A DNA stretch of 64,000 bases. Source: Ignavibacteriota bacterium. GTDB taxonomy: Bacteria; Bacteroidota; Ignavibacteria; Palsa-1295. Made by a program: the position numbers and the translations under genes. This document shows positions 39,352 to 49,692 of the stretch, one piece after another; position 1 is the stretch's first letter, and each line of letters begins with the position of its first letter. The DNA is taken from positions 1,854,477-1,918,476 of the forward strand of contig CAWBEI010000002.1 in NCBI GenBank assembly GCA_963787835.1, given 5' to 3'. Under the pieces are notes generated by a model. That model saw only the letters and a list, made by a program, of their open reading frames with translations. It did no database searches and was not told where the DNA came from.

Positions 39352-40029
39352 GCGCGCACGAGCCGTTCGATGCCCGATTCGCGCGCGACGATCACGACGT
39401 CCGCGCGGCCGATGAACAGCCCGGTCTCGACGACCCCGGGGATCGCGTGCAGCATCAGATCGAGCTCCGGCGGATTCGCGATCGGCCCGCACTTGAGGTC
39501 GTAGATCAGGTTGCCGGCATCGGTCCGGCGCGGCGCGGCGCCGGCCATGCGCAGCACCGGCTCGCCGTGCCGCGCGAGGTGCCGCGCGGTCGCGAGGTGC
39601 GCGAAGCCCAGCACCTCGATCGGGATCGACCACTTGTCGCCGAGGTGCGCGCTCAGCTTGCTGCCGTCGACGACGATGACGTTGCGCGCGGCGCTGTAGT
39701 TGATGATCTTCTCGCGGGTCTGCGCGCCGCCGCCGCCCTTGATCGGATCGAGCGCCGGTGACACTTCATCGGCGCCGTCGACCGCGACCGCGATGTCCCA
39801 CGGGCCGTCGTCGCCGAGCAACGGGATGCCGAGCGCGGTCGCCTGCGCGCGGCTCGCGTCCGACGTCGGCACGCCGATGTACGCGTGGCCCTTGGCGACG
39901 AGCTCGCCGACCACGTCGATGAACAGCTTCGCGGTCGAGCCGGTGCCGAGGCCGATCACTCCATGCTCGGGCAGCTCGGCGATCGCCGCACGTGCCGCCG
40001 CTCGCTTCGCGTCCTCGATGCGATCCCAT
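39348..40029 (-). CDS. rpiA: Ribose-5-phosphate isomerase A (5' indels)
   Basis: IGLGTGST, DGADEV, IKGGGGA.TREKI, TDAGN.IYD, IPGVVETGLF. Confidence 0.92.
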
Positions 40030-41208
40030 TAGGCGCAGAATACATCGAGCTTGGCGTCGGCGTCGCGCTTGAGCTGCTCGCGCGCCGGGTCGACTTCCTG
40101 GTTCTTGCGGAAGTGCGACATCGCCGAGACGATCGCGTCGGTGCCGACCAGCGTATCGAGCAGCACGTTGCTCACCGTCGCCATCACGCCGGTGATGATG
40201 CGCACGATGCCGAAGTGCAGCTCCGAGATGAAGTCGTAGAGGCCGTAGAACATGAAGCCCGCCGACACCACGATCATGCCGATGTAGATCAGCCACGCCT
40301 TGTGAATGCGTTGATGCGACTCCGCTTCCGACAGCGGCACGGTCAGCTTGCGGCCGTTGATGCCGATGTAGACCTGCGCGCCGAGCAAGCCGACGTTGCC
40401 GACGACGAAGTGCCAGCTCCCCGTCATCTGATACGGCAACAGCACGATGATGTAAGCGAACAGCGCGTAGAACGGCGCCGCGAGCATCATCAGCCAGCCC
40501 GGCGCCGTCGTGCCCGGGAACAAGAGCTTGGTCACGATCGACGCGCGGATCACGCCCGGCATCAGCGAGATCACTTTCGGGCCGAGCGCGAGCAGCGCCT
40601 GCACGCCGAACGCGAGCCCGACGACGAGGTGCACGGTCTTCGCGGTCGGCGCGAGCTTGACGCCGCCGATCTCCGCGGCCGCCATCGCCGCGTACACCGA
40701 GTTGTCGAACGCCGAGCGGAACGGATACGCGTAGACGAGGAACGGCGCCACGAAGTACAGCGCCCACGCGACGAACATGATCCGGCGCTGCCGCCGCCAC
40801 TGCGTCCAGTTGCGCAGCTGATCGAACATCACGATGCAGAACGCGGCCTCGGCGATCGCCGGCAGCAGCGTGAACGCGCGCGCGACGATCGGCAGCGGTG
40901 GCCCGTCGAACGACTCGACGAAGCGGAACACGGTCAGCGGCACGAACATCAGCGCGACCATCGAGCAGCACCGAGCGCCGCCACGCGAGGAATGCCTGCT
41001 GATCGGGATCGCGGATGTGGCGCGCCTGCGACTCGAGCTCCGCGCGCTCGCTCGGCAGCACCTCGTGCACGTGGATCTGCAGGCGATACGCGCGCCGCAT
41101 CGAGATGCCGAGGAAGCCGACCGACAGCGTCTGCTCGGTCGCGGGCGTCGCCGGGACCATGCGCGCTTCGGGCAACGGCTCCTGCGGTGGCGGCGGCGGC
41201 TCGTCCAT
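40029..41208 (-). CDS. Hypothetical multi-pass membrane protein (frameshift near 40962)
   Basis: About 8 hydrophobic segments; N-terminal part in a second frame (QAFLAWRRSVL). Confidence 0.7.
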
Positions 41209-41251
41209 CGAGCTCGCGACTCTACCCCGACTCGCGTGCGAACATGCAGCG

Positions 41252-41887
41252 GTGCGCATCGCGAGCTGGACCTTCGTCGCGTGCATGTTGCTCGGCATGA
41301 TCTGCGTGTTCCTGCCGAGCGCCGAAGTGCAGGTCGGCGGCGTCGCGGTCAGCCATCGTGCGACGCTGTCGTTGTATCGCGCGGAGACGAATCGCGAGGT
41401 CGTGCGCCGCTGGCTGCAGCTCTACGGCCACAGCTCGAGCAAGCGCATGGGCGGCGCGCTCGTGGCCGCGTTGCTCCCGCACACGCGCGGCGCGATCAAC
41501 GATCACCTCGGCGACGTACACGACGCGATGACCGACCTCGAAGGCGTGAGCGACGAAGACGTCAAGACGGCGGGGACGGTGCTCGCGATCCTGCTGTGGT
41601 CGTTTCTCGCGCTGCACGTCCTCGCCGGCGGCCTCGTGGTCCGGGGCCTCGTGCGCCAGCGCCATCGCGGCTTCGGGCTCGCGCTGCTGATGCTGCTCGC
41701 GATCGTGATCGCGGGCGTCGCGGTCGCGCTGTACTTCGCGTGGGGCGCCGCGGTGTTCGAGGTCAACGACGACATCGGCAAGGATGTCGTCGGCCTCGCG
41801 CTCGGCGCGTACGTCGCGCCGGTGGCCGCGCTGCTGGCGCTCGGATCGGCGGTGGTGATCGCGGTCGGGCAGCTGCGGCGACGGTAG
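41252..41887 (+). CDS. Hypothetical membrane protein
   Basis: Four hydrophobic segments, GC3-rich ORF. Confidence 0.65.
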   Translation: MRIASWTFVACMLLGMICVFLPSAEVQVGGVAVSHRATLSLYRAETNREVVRRWLQLYGHSSSKRMGGALVAALLPHTRGAINDHLGDVHDAMTDLEGVSDEDVKTAGTVLAILLWSFLALHVLAGGLVVRGLVRQRHRGFGLALLMLLAIVIAGVAVALYFAWGAAVFEVNDDIGKDVVGLALGAYVAPVAALLALGSAVVIAVGQLRRR

Positions 41888-41934
41888 ACTGCCGCGGCCG
41901 CGATCTCACCAGGGCGATGCCGCGAGCCAGACGT

Positions 41935-42186
41935 TCCGCGAACCGCATCACTCGACCATCGCCGCCGCCCCACATCTTGGCTCGCGGCATCACTCGACTG
42001 ATGTCCGCGGCCCAAGGCTTGGCTCGCGGCATCACTCGACTGATGTCCGCGGCCCAAGGCTTGGCTCGCGGCATCACTCGACTGATGTCGGCGGCCCGAA
42101 GGTTTGCTGGCGGCATCTCTCGACTGATGTCGGCGGCCCGAGGTCTCGCTCGCGGCATCAGTCGACTGATGTCGCCAGCAAGATTT
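41935..42186. repeat. 42-bp tandem repeat (5 good copies + 1 degenerate) with internal hairpins
   Basis: Unit TTGGCTCGCGGCATCACTCGACTGATGTCCGCGGCCCAAGGC at 41977, 42019, 42061, 42103 and 42145. Confidence 0.9.
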
Positions 42187-42291
42187 CTTCGAAATCGACG
42201 CAACCGCGCGACCGCCGGTCCGATACGCGCGGTCATGACGGACACGAACCCGCCGTCGAGAACGCTAACCCTCGGAGATCGGACAACAAAG

Positions 42292-43131
42292 ATGCCCGGC
42301 ACACACACTTCCAACAGGCGCAAGGCTCGCGCCGAGGCCGCCGGCGCGCCGGTGACCGTCGACACGCCGACCGGCTCGCTCGTGCAGTACGAGCGCTTCC
42401 TGCCGGCCGCGATGAAGCTCGCGCCGGCGGACGTTCGCGTCGCAAGGATCAATGTCACGCGCGTGCTGCACAACGCCGCCCGCGGGGTGACCGCGGTCCT
42501 CGCGCGACGCGCGGAGGTTTCGACGATACCGAACGTCTCGATCGACGCGATCGATTCGCTCGCGGACCTGGGCGACGCGTTCGCGTATGCCGCGGGGATC
42601 GTCGATTGCTACGCGCCGATCGTCGGCGCTGTCCAGGCGATGGTCGCGCAGGCGCGGCAACTGCGCGGCAAGCTGCTCGCGAAGGCAGACGTGCTCGTGG
42701 TCGACGGCATCGTGCCGGCGGCGACCGTGCTGGGCATCCACAAGAGCAAGGGCTTCGTCGACATGGCGAACGACTGCGTGCAGCTCGCGCGCTTGTTCCC
42801 GCAGTACGCGGCGGCGGTGCCGCGCAGCGTGGTCGTCGATCCGGCGGATCTACAGGCCGCGGACGCGATCGGCCGCAAGCTGATCGCGACGCTGCGGCCG
42901 CCGAACGTCAAGAAGACGCCCCCGCCGGAGCTCGTCGCCGCGATGGACGCGCGCGATCGGCTGTGGACGCTGTTCGAGCAGACCTGGGAGCGCAACGTGT
43001 GGCGTGCCGGTGCGAACCTGTTTCTGCGCGACGTCGACGCGCAGGTGCCGCCGCTCCGGCATGCGACGTTTCCGCGCCGCAGGCCGGAGCCCGCGCCTCC
43101 TCGGCCGACGCCGGTCGCGGTCGCGGCCTGA
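42292..43131 (+). CDS. Hypothetical all-helical protein (start could be 42236)
   Basis: ORF downstream of the repeat array; motif RDRLWTLF...W..GA.LF..VD..VPPL. Confidence 0.7.
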   Translation: MPGTHTSNRRKARAEAAGAPVTVDTPTGSLVQYERFLPAAMKLAPADVRVARINVTRVLHNAARGVTAVLARRAEVSTIPNVSIDAIDSLADLGDAFAYAAGIVDCYAPIVGAVQAMVAQARQLRGKLLAKADVLVVDGIVPAATVLGIHKSKGFVDMANDCVQLARLFPQYAAAVPRSVVVDPADLQAADAIGRKLIATLRPPNVKKTPPPELVAAMDARDRLWTLFEQTWERNVWRAGANLFLRDVDAQVPPLRHATFPRRRPEPAPPRPTPVAVAA

Positions 43132-43142
43132 ACGATCGGGCG

Positions 43143-43637
43143 CTAACGCAGCCGCAAGATCATGTGATCCTCGTCCGCGTACGCGTCGCCGATCTTGAGC
43201 GACCGCGGCTCGGTGCCGAACACCACGAAGCCGAGCGAGCGATACAGCGCGCGCGCGGCGGGCTGGCGATCGCTGACCGCGAGCAGCAACTGCTCGACGC
43301 CGGCGTCGCGCTTCGCGATGTCGATCACGTGCTGGACCAGCGCGCGCGCGATGCCGCCGCGACGGTGCGTCGCCGCGACGTAGACGCCGTAGATCCCGCC
43401 CTTGTGGCGGTCCTTGAGGCCGGTCTCGCGCTTGAACGTCGCGATGCCGACGAGCGTGTCGCCGTCGAACGCGCCGGCCGTGCCGCCGGCGCGCAGCTGC
43501 TCGGCGATCGTCGCGACCGGTGTCGCGCGGTGCTCTTCGATCGCCTTGCCGAACGCGAACGGCTCGGCCTCGAGCGCGATCGCGCGGAGCTCCCACCACG
43601 CGGCCGCGTCGTGGTCGCTGAGGTCGCGGATGTGCAT
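43143..43637 (-). CDS. GNAT family N-acetyltransferase
   Basis: GVYVAATHRRGGIARAL, ARALYRSLGF..FGTEP. Confidence 0.88.
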   Translation of the reverse strand: MHIRDLSDHDAAAWWELRAIALEAEPFAFGKAIEEHRATPVATIAEQLRAGGTAGAFDGDTLVGIATFKRETGLKDRHKGGIYGVYVAATHRRGGIARALVQHVIDIAKRDAGVEQLLLAVSDRQPAARALYRSLGFVVFGTEPRSLKIGDAYADEDHMILRLR

Positions 43638-43658
43638 GCCGCATGGTACGTCACGCGC

Positions 43659-44624
43659 ATGCGATCGATCATCCTCGGCGCCGGCGCGATCGGCGGCGTC
43701 GTCGGCGGGTACCTGGCGCGCGCGGGCCGCGACGTCATGCTGCTCGCGCGCGGCGCGCACCTCGACGCGATCCGCGCGAACGGATTGCGCGTCGAATCGC
43801 CCGATGACACGTTCATCGTGCGTCCGCCGGCCGCCGAGCCGCGCGAGCCGATCGCGTGGCGCGCCGGCGACATCGTGGTGCTCGCGGTCAAGACGCAGGA
43901 TGTCGCCGCGGCGCTGAGCGATCTCGACGCGCCGCCGCACGTACCGATCGCGTGCTTCACGAACGGCGTCGAGGCGGAGCGACTCGCGCTGCGCCACGCG
44001 AACGAGGTCTACGGGGTGTGCGTGATGATGCCGGGCACGTATCTGACGCCGGGCGTCGTGCAGGTGTGGGCGGCGCCCGTGCCGGGGCTGCTCGACGTCG
44101 GGCGTTATCCCGATGGCGCCGGCGCGCACGGCGACGAGCTCGTCGGCGAGCTGACCGCCGCCGGCTTCGCGTGCGAGCTGCGCACGAACATCATGAAGTG
44201 GAAGCGCGGCAAGCTGCTGTCGAACCTCGCGAACGGCGCCGAGGCGCTCGCCGGCCAGGCCGCGCGCAGCTCGGAGCTCGCCGCCGAAGCGCGTGCGGAG
44301 GGCCGCGCGGTGTACGCGGCCGCGGGGCTGTCGTGCTCGACGGATGCCGAGGATGTCGCGCGGCGCGAAGGCTTCGTGGCCCGGCCGATCGCGGGCGCGA
44401 AGCGGGCAGGCGGGTCGACGTGGCAGAGCTTCGCGCGCGGCACGGGCGCGATCGAGACGGATTATCTGAACGGCGAGATCGCGATGCTCGGGCGGTTGCA
44501 CGGCGTGCCGACGCCGATCAACGTCGCGCTGCAACGACTCGCCGCGGAGGCCGCACGGGCGAAGGCGGCGCCGGTGTCGATGACGCTCGAAGAGCTGGAT
44601 CGTCGCGTGCGCGCCATGGTGTAG
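43659..44624 (+). CDS. panE: Ketopantoate reductase family protein
   Basis: GAGAIGG, LAVKT, TNGV, KLLSNL, STWQS, ETDYLNGEI, GVPTPIN. Confidence 0.8.
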   Translation: MRSIILGAGAIGGVVGGYLARAGRDVMLLARGAHLDAIRANGLRVESPDDTFIVRPPAAEPREPIAWRAGDIVVLAVKTQDVAAALSDLDAPPHVPIACFTNGVEAERLALRHANEVYGVCVMMPGTYLTPGVVQVWAAPVPGLLDVGRYPDGAGAHGDELVGELTAAGFACELRTNIMKWKRGKLLSNLANGAEALAGQAARSSELAAEARAEGRAVYAAAGLSCSTDAEDVARREGFVARPIAGAKRAGGSTWQSFARGTGAIETDYLNGEIAMLGRLHGVPTPINVALQRLAAEAARAKAAPVSMTLEELDRRVRAMV

Positions 44625-44633
44625 CCTCGATGT

Positions 44634-46375
44634 GTGGCGTACGAGAAGTTACTGGCGGGGGCGGACTGGAGGCTCGCGCCGGCGAACTTCGGCGGGCCGC
44701 GGATCATCGATGGCAACCGGCCGTTCGTGGCGTGCGAGGTCGGTGAATCGATCGATTTGGTGTTGCGCGACGAGTGGGCCGCGCTGCCGCAGCATCCAAA
44801 TCTTCTCGAAGCCGTCGCCAAGCCGGCGCCACGTGGCGTGCTCGTACGGTTCGCCGCGATCGATTGGAAGCATGCACCGGTCGGAGGCGATGCTCGGACG
44901 CAGCTCGCGATGTGGGCCGGGCAGCTCGCGCTCGCCTACGTGCTGATCGTCAAGAACGTCCCGAGCGGGCAGCTCGGCCGCTTCGCGCGGCCGAGCGTGC
45001 ACGTCGACCTCGGCGGCGCGGTGCGGATCGCGTTCCTGCCGTGCGCGCCGGGACGCGGCGACGAAGCGTGGCCGCCCGAGCTGACCCGCACGTGGCCGCA
45101 TGCGGCGCCGTACTCGTTGGTGTACGTGATCGCCGGCGCGATTGCAGGGCTTGTCGGAGACATCACGCGATACGCGGGCACACCGCTCGGCGAGCTCGTG
45201 CGGCGCTGTGCGGATCCGCGGCCGAGCGTGCGCCCGCCGTCGCCGATCGCGCTGTGGCGCGAGCTGGATGCCGCCCGGATCGGCGCGGTGGGGGAGTTTC
45301 GCCGCGGACCCGCGCTCGTCGGCTGGAAGAGCTTCGAGGATGGTCTCGGCTGGCTCGCCGTCGAACAGCACGTGCGCGCGGAGCGCGCATTCGACAACGC
45401 GCTCGAGCACGGAACACAGATGCGCCTCTCGCAGGTCGGGCGGATGATCGCGCGAACCGCGCTCGGCGAGCCCGAGGTGTCCTGGAAGTCGCGCGCGCAC
45501 AGCCCGAATCGCTGTGCCGAGCTGACGCACGAGGCTCGTCACGCCTGGAACGCCGTGACCGGGCGAGGCGAGTGGCGCGTTGACGAGCCCGGCGGGCTCG
45601 TCTCCCTGGGCCGATGTCGTCGAACGCGGGGCGGCGCTCGAAGCCGAGCGCGGCTTCGCCGAAGCGACCGTCGTCTACCGGCGTGCGGTCGATCATCCAG
45701 ATCGTAGCGTCGCGCTCGCGCGCTGTTACCTCGCGGACCACAAGCCGGGCCTCGCGATCGACTACGCGTCGCGTGCGCTCGCCGCCGAGCCGCTGCGCAC
45801 CGACGCCAAGCTCATCCGCGCGCGCGCGCGACTCGCGCGGCGCGAGCCCGAAGCTGCGCTCGGCGATGTCGACGCGCTGCTGGTCGCGACGCCCGGTGAT
45901 GGCCTCGTGCACTACCTGCGCGGCCGCTGCATGCTCGCGCTCGGCCGGCCGAGCGACGCGCGCGACGCGTTCGATCGCGCGTGCCAGCTGTCGCCGAAGC
46001 TGCTCGAGGCGATGTTGCTTCGCCGCCAGACCGTGCGCAGCGCGAACGCGACGCGCGATGCCGCCGGGATCCCGCTGCGCGCAGGCGATCGTCGTGCCGG
46101 ACCACCTCGCGGATCTGCGCGCGGCGATCGCGGCCGGCGATGTCACCGCGGCGCTGATCCGACTCGCCGACGATGCCTACGCCGCCGACCCGCACGCGCA
46201 GCTCGCGCTCGGCCACTGCCTCGCGTACGCCGGCCGCGCCGACGACGCGCTCGCTGCCTTCGCGCGCGCGCTCGCGCGGTTCGACGAAATGCTCGCGGCC
46301 GCGCCCGACGACGCCGACCTGCTGGATGGCCGCGGCCGCGCGCTCGCCGAGCTCTGCCGCGTGGAAGCCGCATGA
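44634..46375 (+). CDS. TPR protein with degenerate kinase-like N-terminus (frameshifts near 45590 and 46080)
   Basis: HPNLL and LVRRCADPRPSVRP resemble kinase subdomains; C-terminal TPRs (HYLRGRC.LALGR..DA..AF.RA). Confidence 0.6.
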
Positions 46376-48309
46376 CGATGACGCGCGCGATCCTCACCTT
46401 CATCCTCGTGTTCGCCGCCGCCGGCTGCGTCAACGGCAACGCGCGCGTCGTCACGCCGACGAGCGACGGCGACTACGCCGTGACCGTCCCCGATCCCGCG
46501 ACCTGGACCGCGCTCGCCGCGCACGCCGGCAACGAGGTCATGGCGCGCGTCGAGGTCGTCAAGGTCCTGCTCGATCACGATGGCGAGCAGCTGTACTTCC
46601 TGCAATCGCGGCGCTGGGAGATCCACTTCGAGTTCGCGGAGCGCTTCCTGTCGCGGCCCGGCGCGAAGGTCATCGACCACGCGGCGTTCAACAACCACGA
46701 GTATCACGAGCAGGACCGGCGCTTCGTGCTCGGCACGATCACGCACTACCTCGATCAAGACGTGTGGACGTTCGATCTGTTCGCGAGCGACACGCTGTCG
46801 ATCGCCGACACCGCCGCCGTGTTCAAACAGATCCAGCGCGCCGCGTTCTTCGGCGACAAGCTGCGCTATCGCCCGATCCCCGCCGACCAGGTCGCGCACC
46901 TCGATCAGGTGCGGGCCGCGATGCCGGTAGTGACGACCGACGAGCTGTTCGCGGGCGTGCGCTACGAGCCGCTCGAGACCGGCGAGTCGTACGGCTACCT
47001 GCGCATCATCGCGGTCGGCAAGCCGTTGCCGGTCGACGTACATCCCTACGACGTGCTCGTCCTCGGCACGCAGCCGCTCGAGCTGCCGCCGGTCGCCGGC
47101 GTGATCACCGACGAGCTGCAGGCGCCGCTCGGCCACATCGCGGTGCTCGCGCACAGTCGCGGCACGCCGAACATGGCGCTGCGCGGCGCGTCGCTCGATC
47201 CGAAGCTCGTCGCGCTCGACGGCAAGCCGGTGCACCTGCGCGTCGGACCCGGCGAGTACGCGGTCGAGCTCGCGACGCCCGATGACCTCGCGCGCGCGGC
47301 GGCGAAGCGTCACGCGGCGGCGCCGAAGCTGCAGCTGAACCCGCGCGACGCCGGCTTGCCCGTGCTCGCCGACATCGACGCCGACGACATCGCGACGTTC
47401 GGCGCGAAGACCGCGCAGCTCGCACGCGTCGAGCACCTCGGCGAGGTGCGCACGCCGCGTGCGTTCGGCTTGCCGTTCCACGCCTACCTGACGTTCCTCG
47501 CGGCGAATCACCTCGATGGCAAGGTCGCGGCGTTGCTCGGCGACGCGTCGCTGCGGCACGACGCCGGCCGGCTGCGCACGGCGCTCGAAGATCTGCGCAC
47601 GTCGATCCTCGCGGCGCCGGTGCCGGCGGAGATCGTCGATCCGCTGCTCGCGCAGATCCACGGCAAGCTCGCCGGGTCCGCGCGCGTGCGGCTGCGCAGC
47701 TCGACGAACTCCGAGGATCTCGCGGGCTTCTCCGGCGCCGGCTTGTATCACTCGGCGAAGGTCGATCCGTCGAGCCGCGCGAGCGTCGAGGACGGCCTGC
47801 GCGACGTGTGGTCGAGCGTGTGGAGCTGGGACGCGTTCGCGGAGCGCGACTGGTACGGCATCGATCACGCGCGCGTCGCGATGGCGATCCTCGTGCAGGA
47901 GTCGATCGATGATGACGACGTCATCGGCGTCGCGATCACCGGCAATCCCTATTACCAGGGTCGACCCGCGGTGTACGTCAACGCGCAGGCGCGCGGCGGC
48001 AGCGTGACCGGCGCCGCCGGCGACGAGGTCCCCGAGCAGTTTCTCTATTACACCTACGACACCGGCCGCGGCATCGAGCGCATCTCCGCGAGCTCGCGCG
48101 CGCCGGGCAAGGTCTTGATCAGCGATCTCGAGGCGCGGCAGTTCGCCGACCAGCTCGAGAAGATCCACGAGGAGTTCGTCGGCGCGGAGGTCGGCGGCGC
48201 GAAGTGCGTCGACGTCGAGTTTCTGATCCGCAAGAATCGCGAGCTCGTGATCGTGCAGGCGCGCCCGTACGAGATCCACTGGACCGATGATCGCGTGCGC
48301 AAGGACTAG
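46372..48309 (+). CDS. Lipoprotein with PEP/pyruvate-binding (PPDK/PEP-synthase ATP-grasp) domain
   Basis: Lipobox AAGC; FGAK.A.L, RLRSSTNSEDL.GFSGAGLY.S, VWSS, MAILVQ, DVEF, IVQARP. Confidence 0.85.
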   Translation: MTMTRAILTFILVFAAAGCVNGNARVVTPTSDGDYAVTVPDPATWTALAAHAGNEVMARVEVVKVLLDHDGEQLYFLQSRRWEIHFEFAERFLSRPGAKVIDHAAFNNHEYHEQDRRFVLGTITHYLDQDVWTFDLFASDTLSIADTAAVFKQIQRAAFFGDKLRYRPIPADQVAHLDQVRAAMPVVTTDELFAGVRYEPLETGESYGYLRIIAVGKPLPVDVHPYDVLVLGTQPLELPPVAGVITDELQAPLGHIAVLAHSRGTPNMALRGASLDPKLVALDGKPVHLRVGPGEYAVELATPDDLARAAAKRHAAAPKLQLNPRDAGLPVLADIDADDIATFGAKTAQLARVEHLGEVRTPRAFGLPFHAYLTFLAANHLDGKVAALLGDASLRHDAGRLRTALEDLRTSILAAPVPAEIVDPLLAQIHGKLAGSARVRLRSSTNSEDLAGFSGAGLYHSAKVDPSSRASVEDGLRDVWSSVWSWDAFAERDWYGIDHARVAMAILVQESIDDDDVIGVAITGNPYYQGRPAVYVNAQARGGSVTGAAGDEVPEQFLYYTYDTGRGIERISASSRAPGKVLISDLEARQFADQLEKIHEEFVGAEVGGAKCVDVEFLIRKNRELVIVQARPYEIHWTDDRVRKD

Positions 48310-48323
48310 GCTATGGTCGCGCC

Positions 48324-48830
48324 ATGGCTGACCCCACCGTCGTCGTCACGACCAACCACGGCTCGTTCGTGATCGCGCTCGATCCCGCGAAGGCGCCGAA
48401 GAGCGCCGCGAACTTCCTCGCGTACGTCGACGCGAAGCACTACGACGGCACGTTGTTTCACCGCGTGATCCCGACGTTCATGGTGCAGGGCGGCGGCTTC
48501 GATCAGCAGCTCGAGAAGAAGCCGGTGCGCGCCGCGATCGAGAACGAAGCCGACAACGGCCTCAAGAACACGCGCGGCACGGTCGCGATGGCGCGCACGA
48601 ACGAGCCGCACTCGGCGACGTCGCAGTGGTTCGTCAATGTCGTGGACAACAAGTTCCTCGATCACCAGGCGAAGGACGGCGCGGGCTGGGGCTACGCCGT
48701 GTTCGGCACGGTGATCGAGGGCATGGACGTCGTCGACAAGATCAAGGCGGTCAAGACCGGCGCGGCCGGGCCGTTCTCGAAGGATGCGCCGATCACGCCG
48801 GTCGTGATCGAGTCGGTTCGGCGCCGCTGA
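48324..48830 (+). CDS. Cyclophilin-type peptidyl-prolyl isomerase
   Basis: YDGTLFHRVIP.FMVQGGGF, RGTVAMART..PHSATSQWFVN, GYAVFG. Confidence 0.95.
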   Translation: MADPTVVVTTNHGSFVIALDPAKAPKSAANFLAYVDAKHYDGTLFHRVIPTFMVQGGGFDQQLEKKPVRAAIENEADNGLKNTRGTVAMARTNEPHSATSQWFVNVVDNKFLDHQAKDGAGWGYAVFGTVIEGMDVVDKIKAVKTGAAGPFSKDAPITPVVIESVRRR

Positions 48831-49592
48831 CTATTTCGGTGGCATGCGCAGCGCGCCGTCGAGCCGGATGGTCTCGCCGTTGAGATAGCCGTTGTCGACG
48901 ATCGCCGCGACCATCGCGCCGTAGTCGTCGGGCGAGCCGAGCCGCTTGGGGAACACGACATCGGCGGCGAGCGCGGCGCGCTTGTCTTCGGGGAGCGCGC
49001 CGAGCATCGGCGTGTCGAAGATGCCGGGCGCGATCGTGACCACGCGAATCCCGACCGGCGCGAGATCGCGCGCGGCGGGCAACGTCATGCCGACGACGCC
49101 CGCCTTCGACGCGGCGTACGCGATCTGTCCGATCTGGCCGTCGAACGCGGCGACCGACGCGGTGTTGACGATGACGCCGCGCTCGCCGTTCGCGAGCGGC
49201 TCGGCCTTCGCGATCGTCGCGGCCGCGAGCCGCAGCACGTTGAACGTGCCGATCAGGTTGACGCCGACGACGTTCGCGAACAACTGCAGATCGTGCGGCT
49301 TGCCGGTCTTGTCGAGGGTGCGCGCGGCCCAGCCGACGCCGGCGCACGACACCGCGACGCGCAGCGTGCCGAGCGAGGACGCGAGCGCGACCGCCGCTTC
49401 GACCTGCTCCGAATGGGTGACGTCCATCTTCGCGAACGTCGCGCCGAGCTCGGCCGCGAGCGCCGCGCCGCGCGCTTCGTCGCGATCCGCGATGACGACA
49501 CGCGCACCTCCCGCGGCGAGCCGTCGCACGGTTGCCGCGCCGAGCCCCGATGCACCACCCGTGACGAGCGCGACCGATCCTTCGAGCTTCAT
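48831..49592 (-). CDS. SDR, type II 3-hydroxyacyl-CoA dehydrogenase (HSD10-like)
   Basis: [40 protein letters not shown]. Confidence 0.92.
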   Translation of the reverse strand: MKLEGSVALVTGGASGLGAATVRRLAAGGARVVIADRDEARGAALAAELGATFAKMDVTHSEQVEAAVALASSLGTLRVAVSCAGVGWAARTLDKTGKPHDLQLFANVVGVNLIGTFNVLRLAAATIAKAEPLANGERGVIVNTASVAAFDGQIGQIAYAASKAGVVGMTLPAARDLAPVGIRVVTIAPGIFDTPMLGALPEDKRAALAADVVFPKRLGSPDDYGAMVAAIVDNGYLNGETIRLDGALRMPPK

Positions 49593-49692
49593 GCGCGCAG
49601 CGTAACGCCAGCTGGGTGACGCGCGTGCGCTTCGGGACCCAGGTTGTGCCGCGGTCTCGGCCGATTTCTATCTCCGCGTCTCGCTTCGAGCC

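Noticed and set aside
41935-42186. CRISPR or TIGR-type guide array
   Set aside because: The units are nearly identical along their whole length with no unique spacers, and no cas or Nop-domain gene is recognisable nearby
45580-48309. TPR-PEP synthase fusion (909-aa ORF)
   Set aside because: Artefact of a frameshift near 46080; the lipoprotein has its own ATG and signal peptide at 46372
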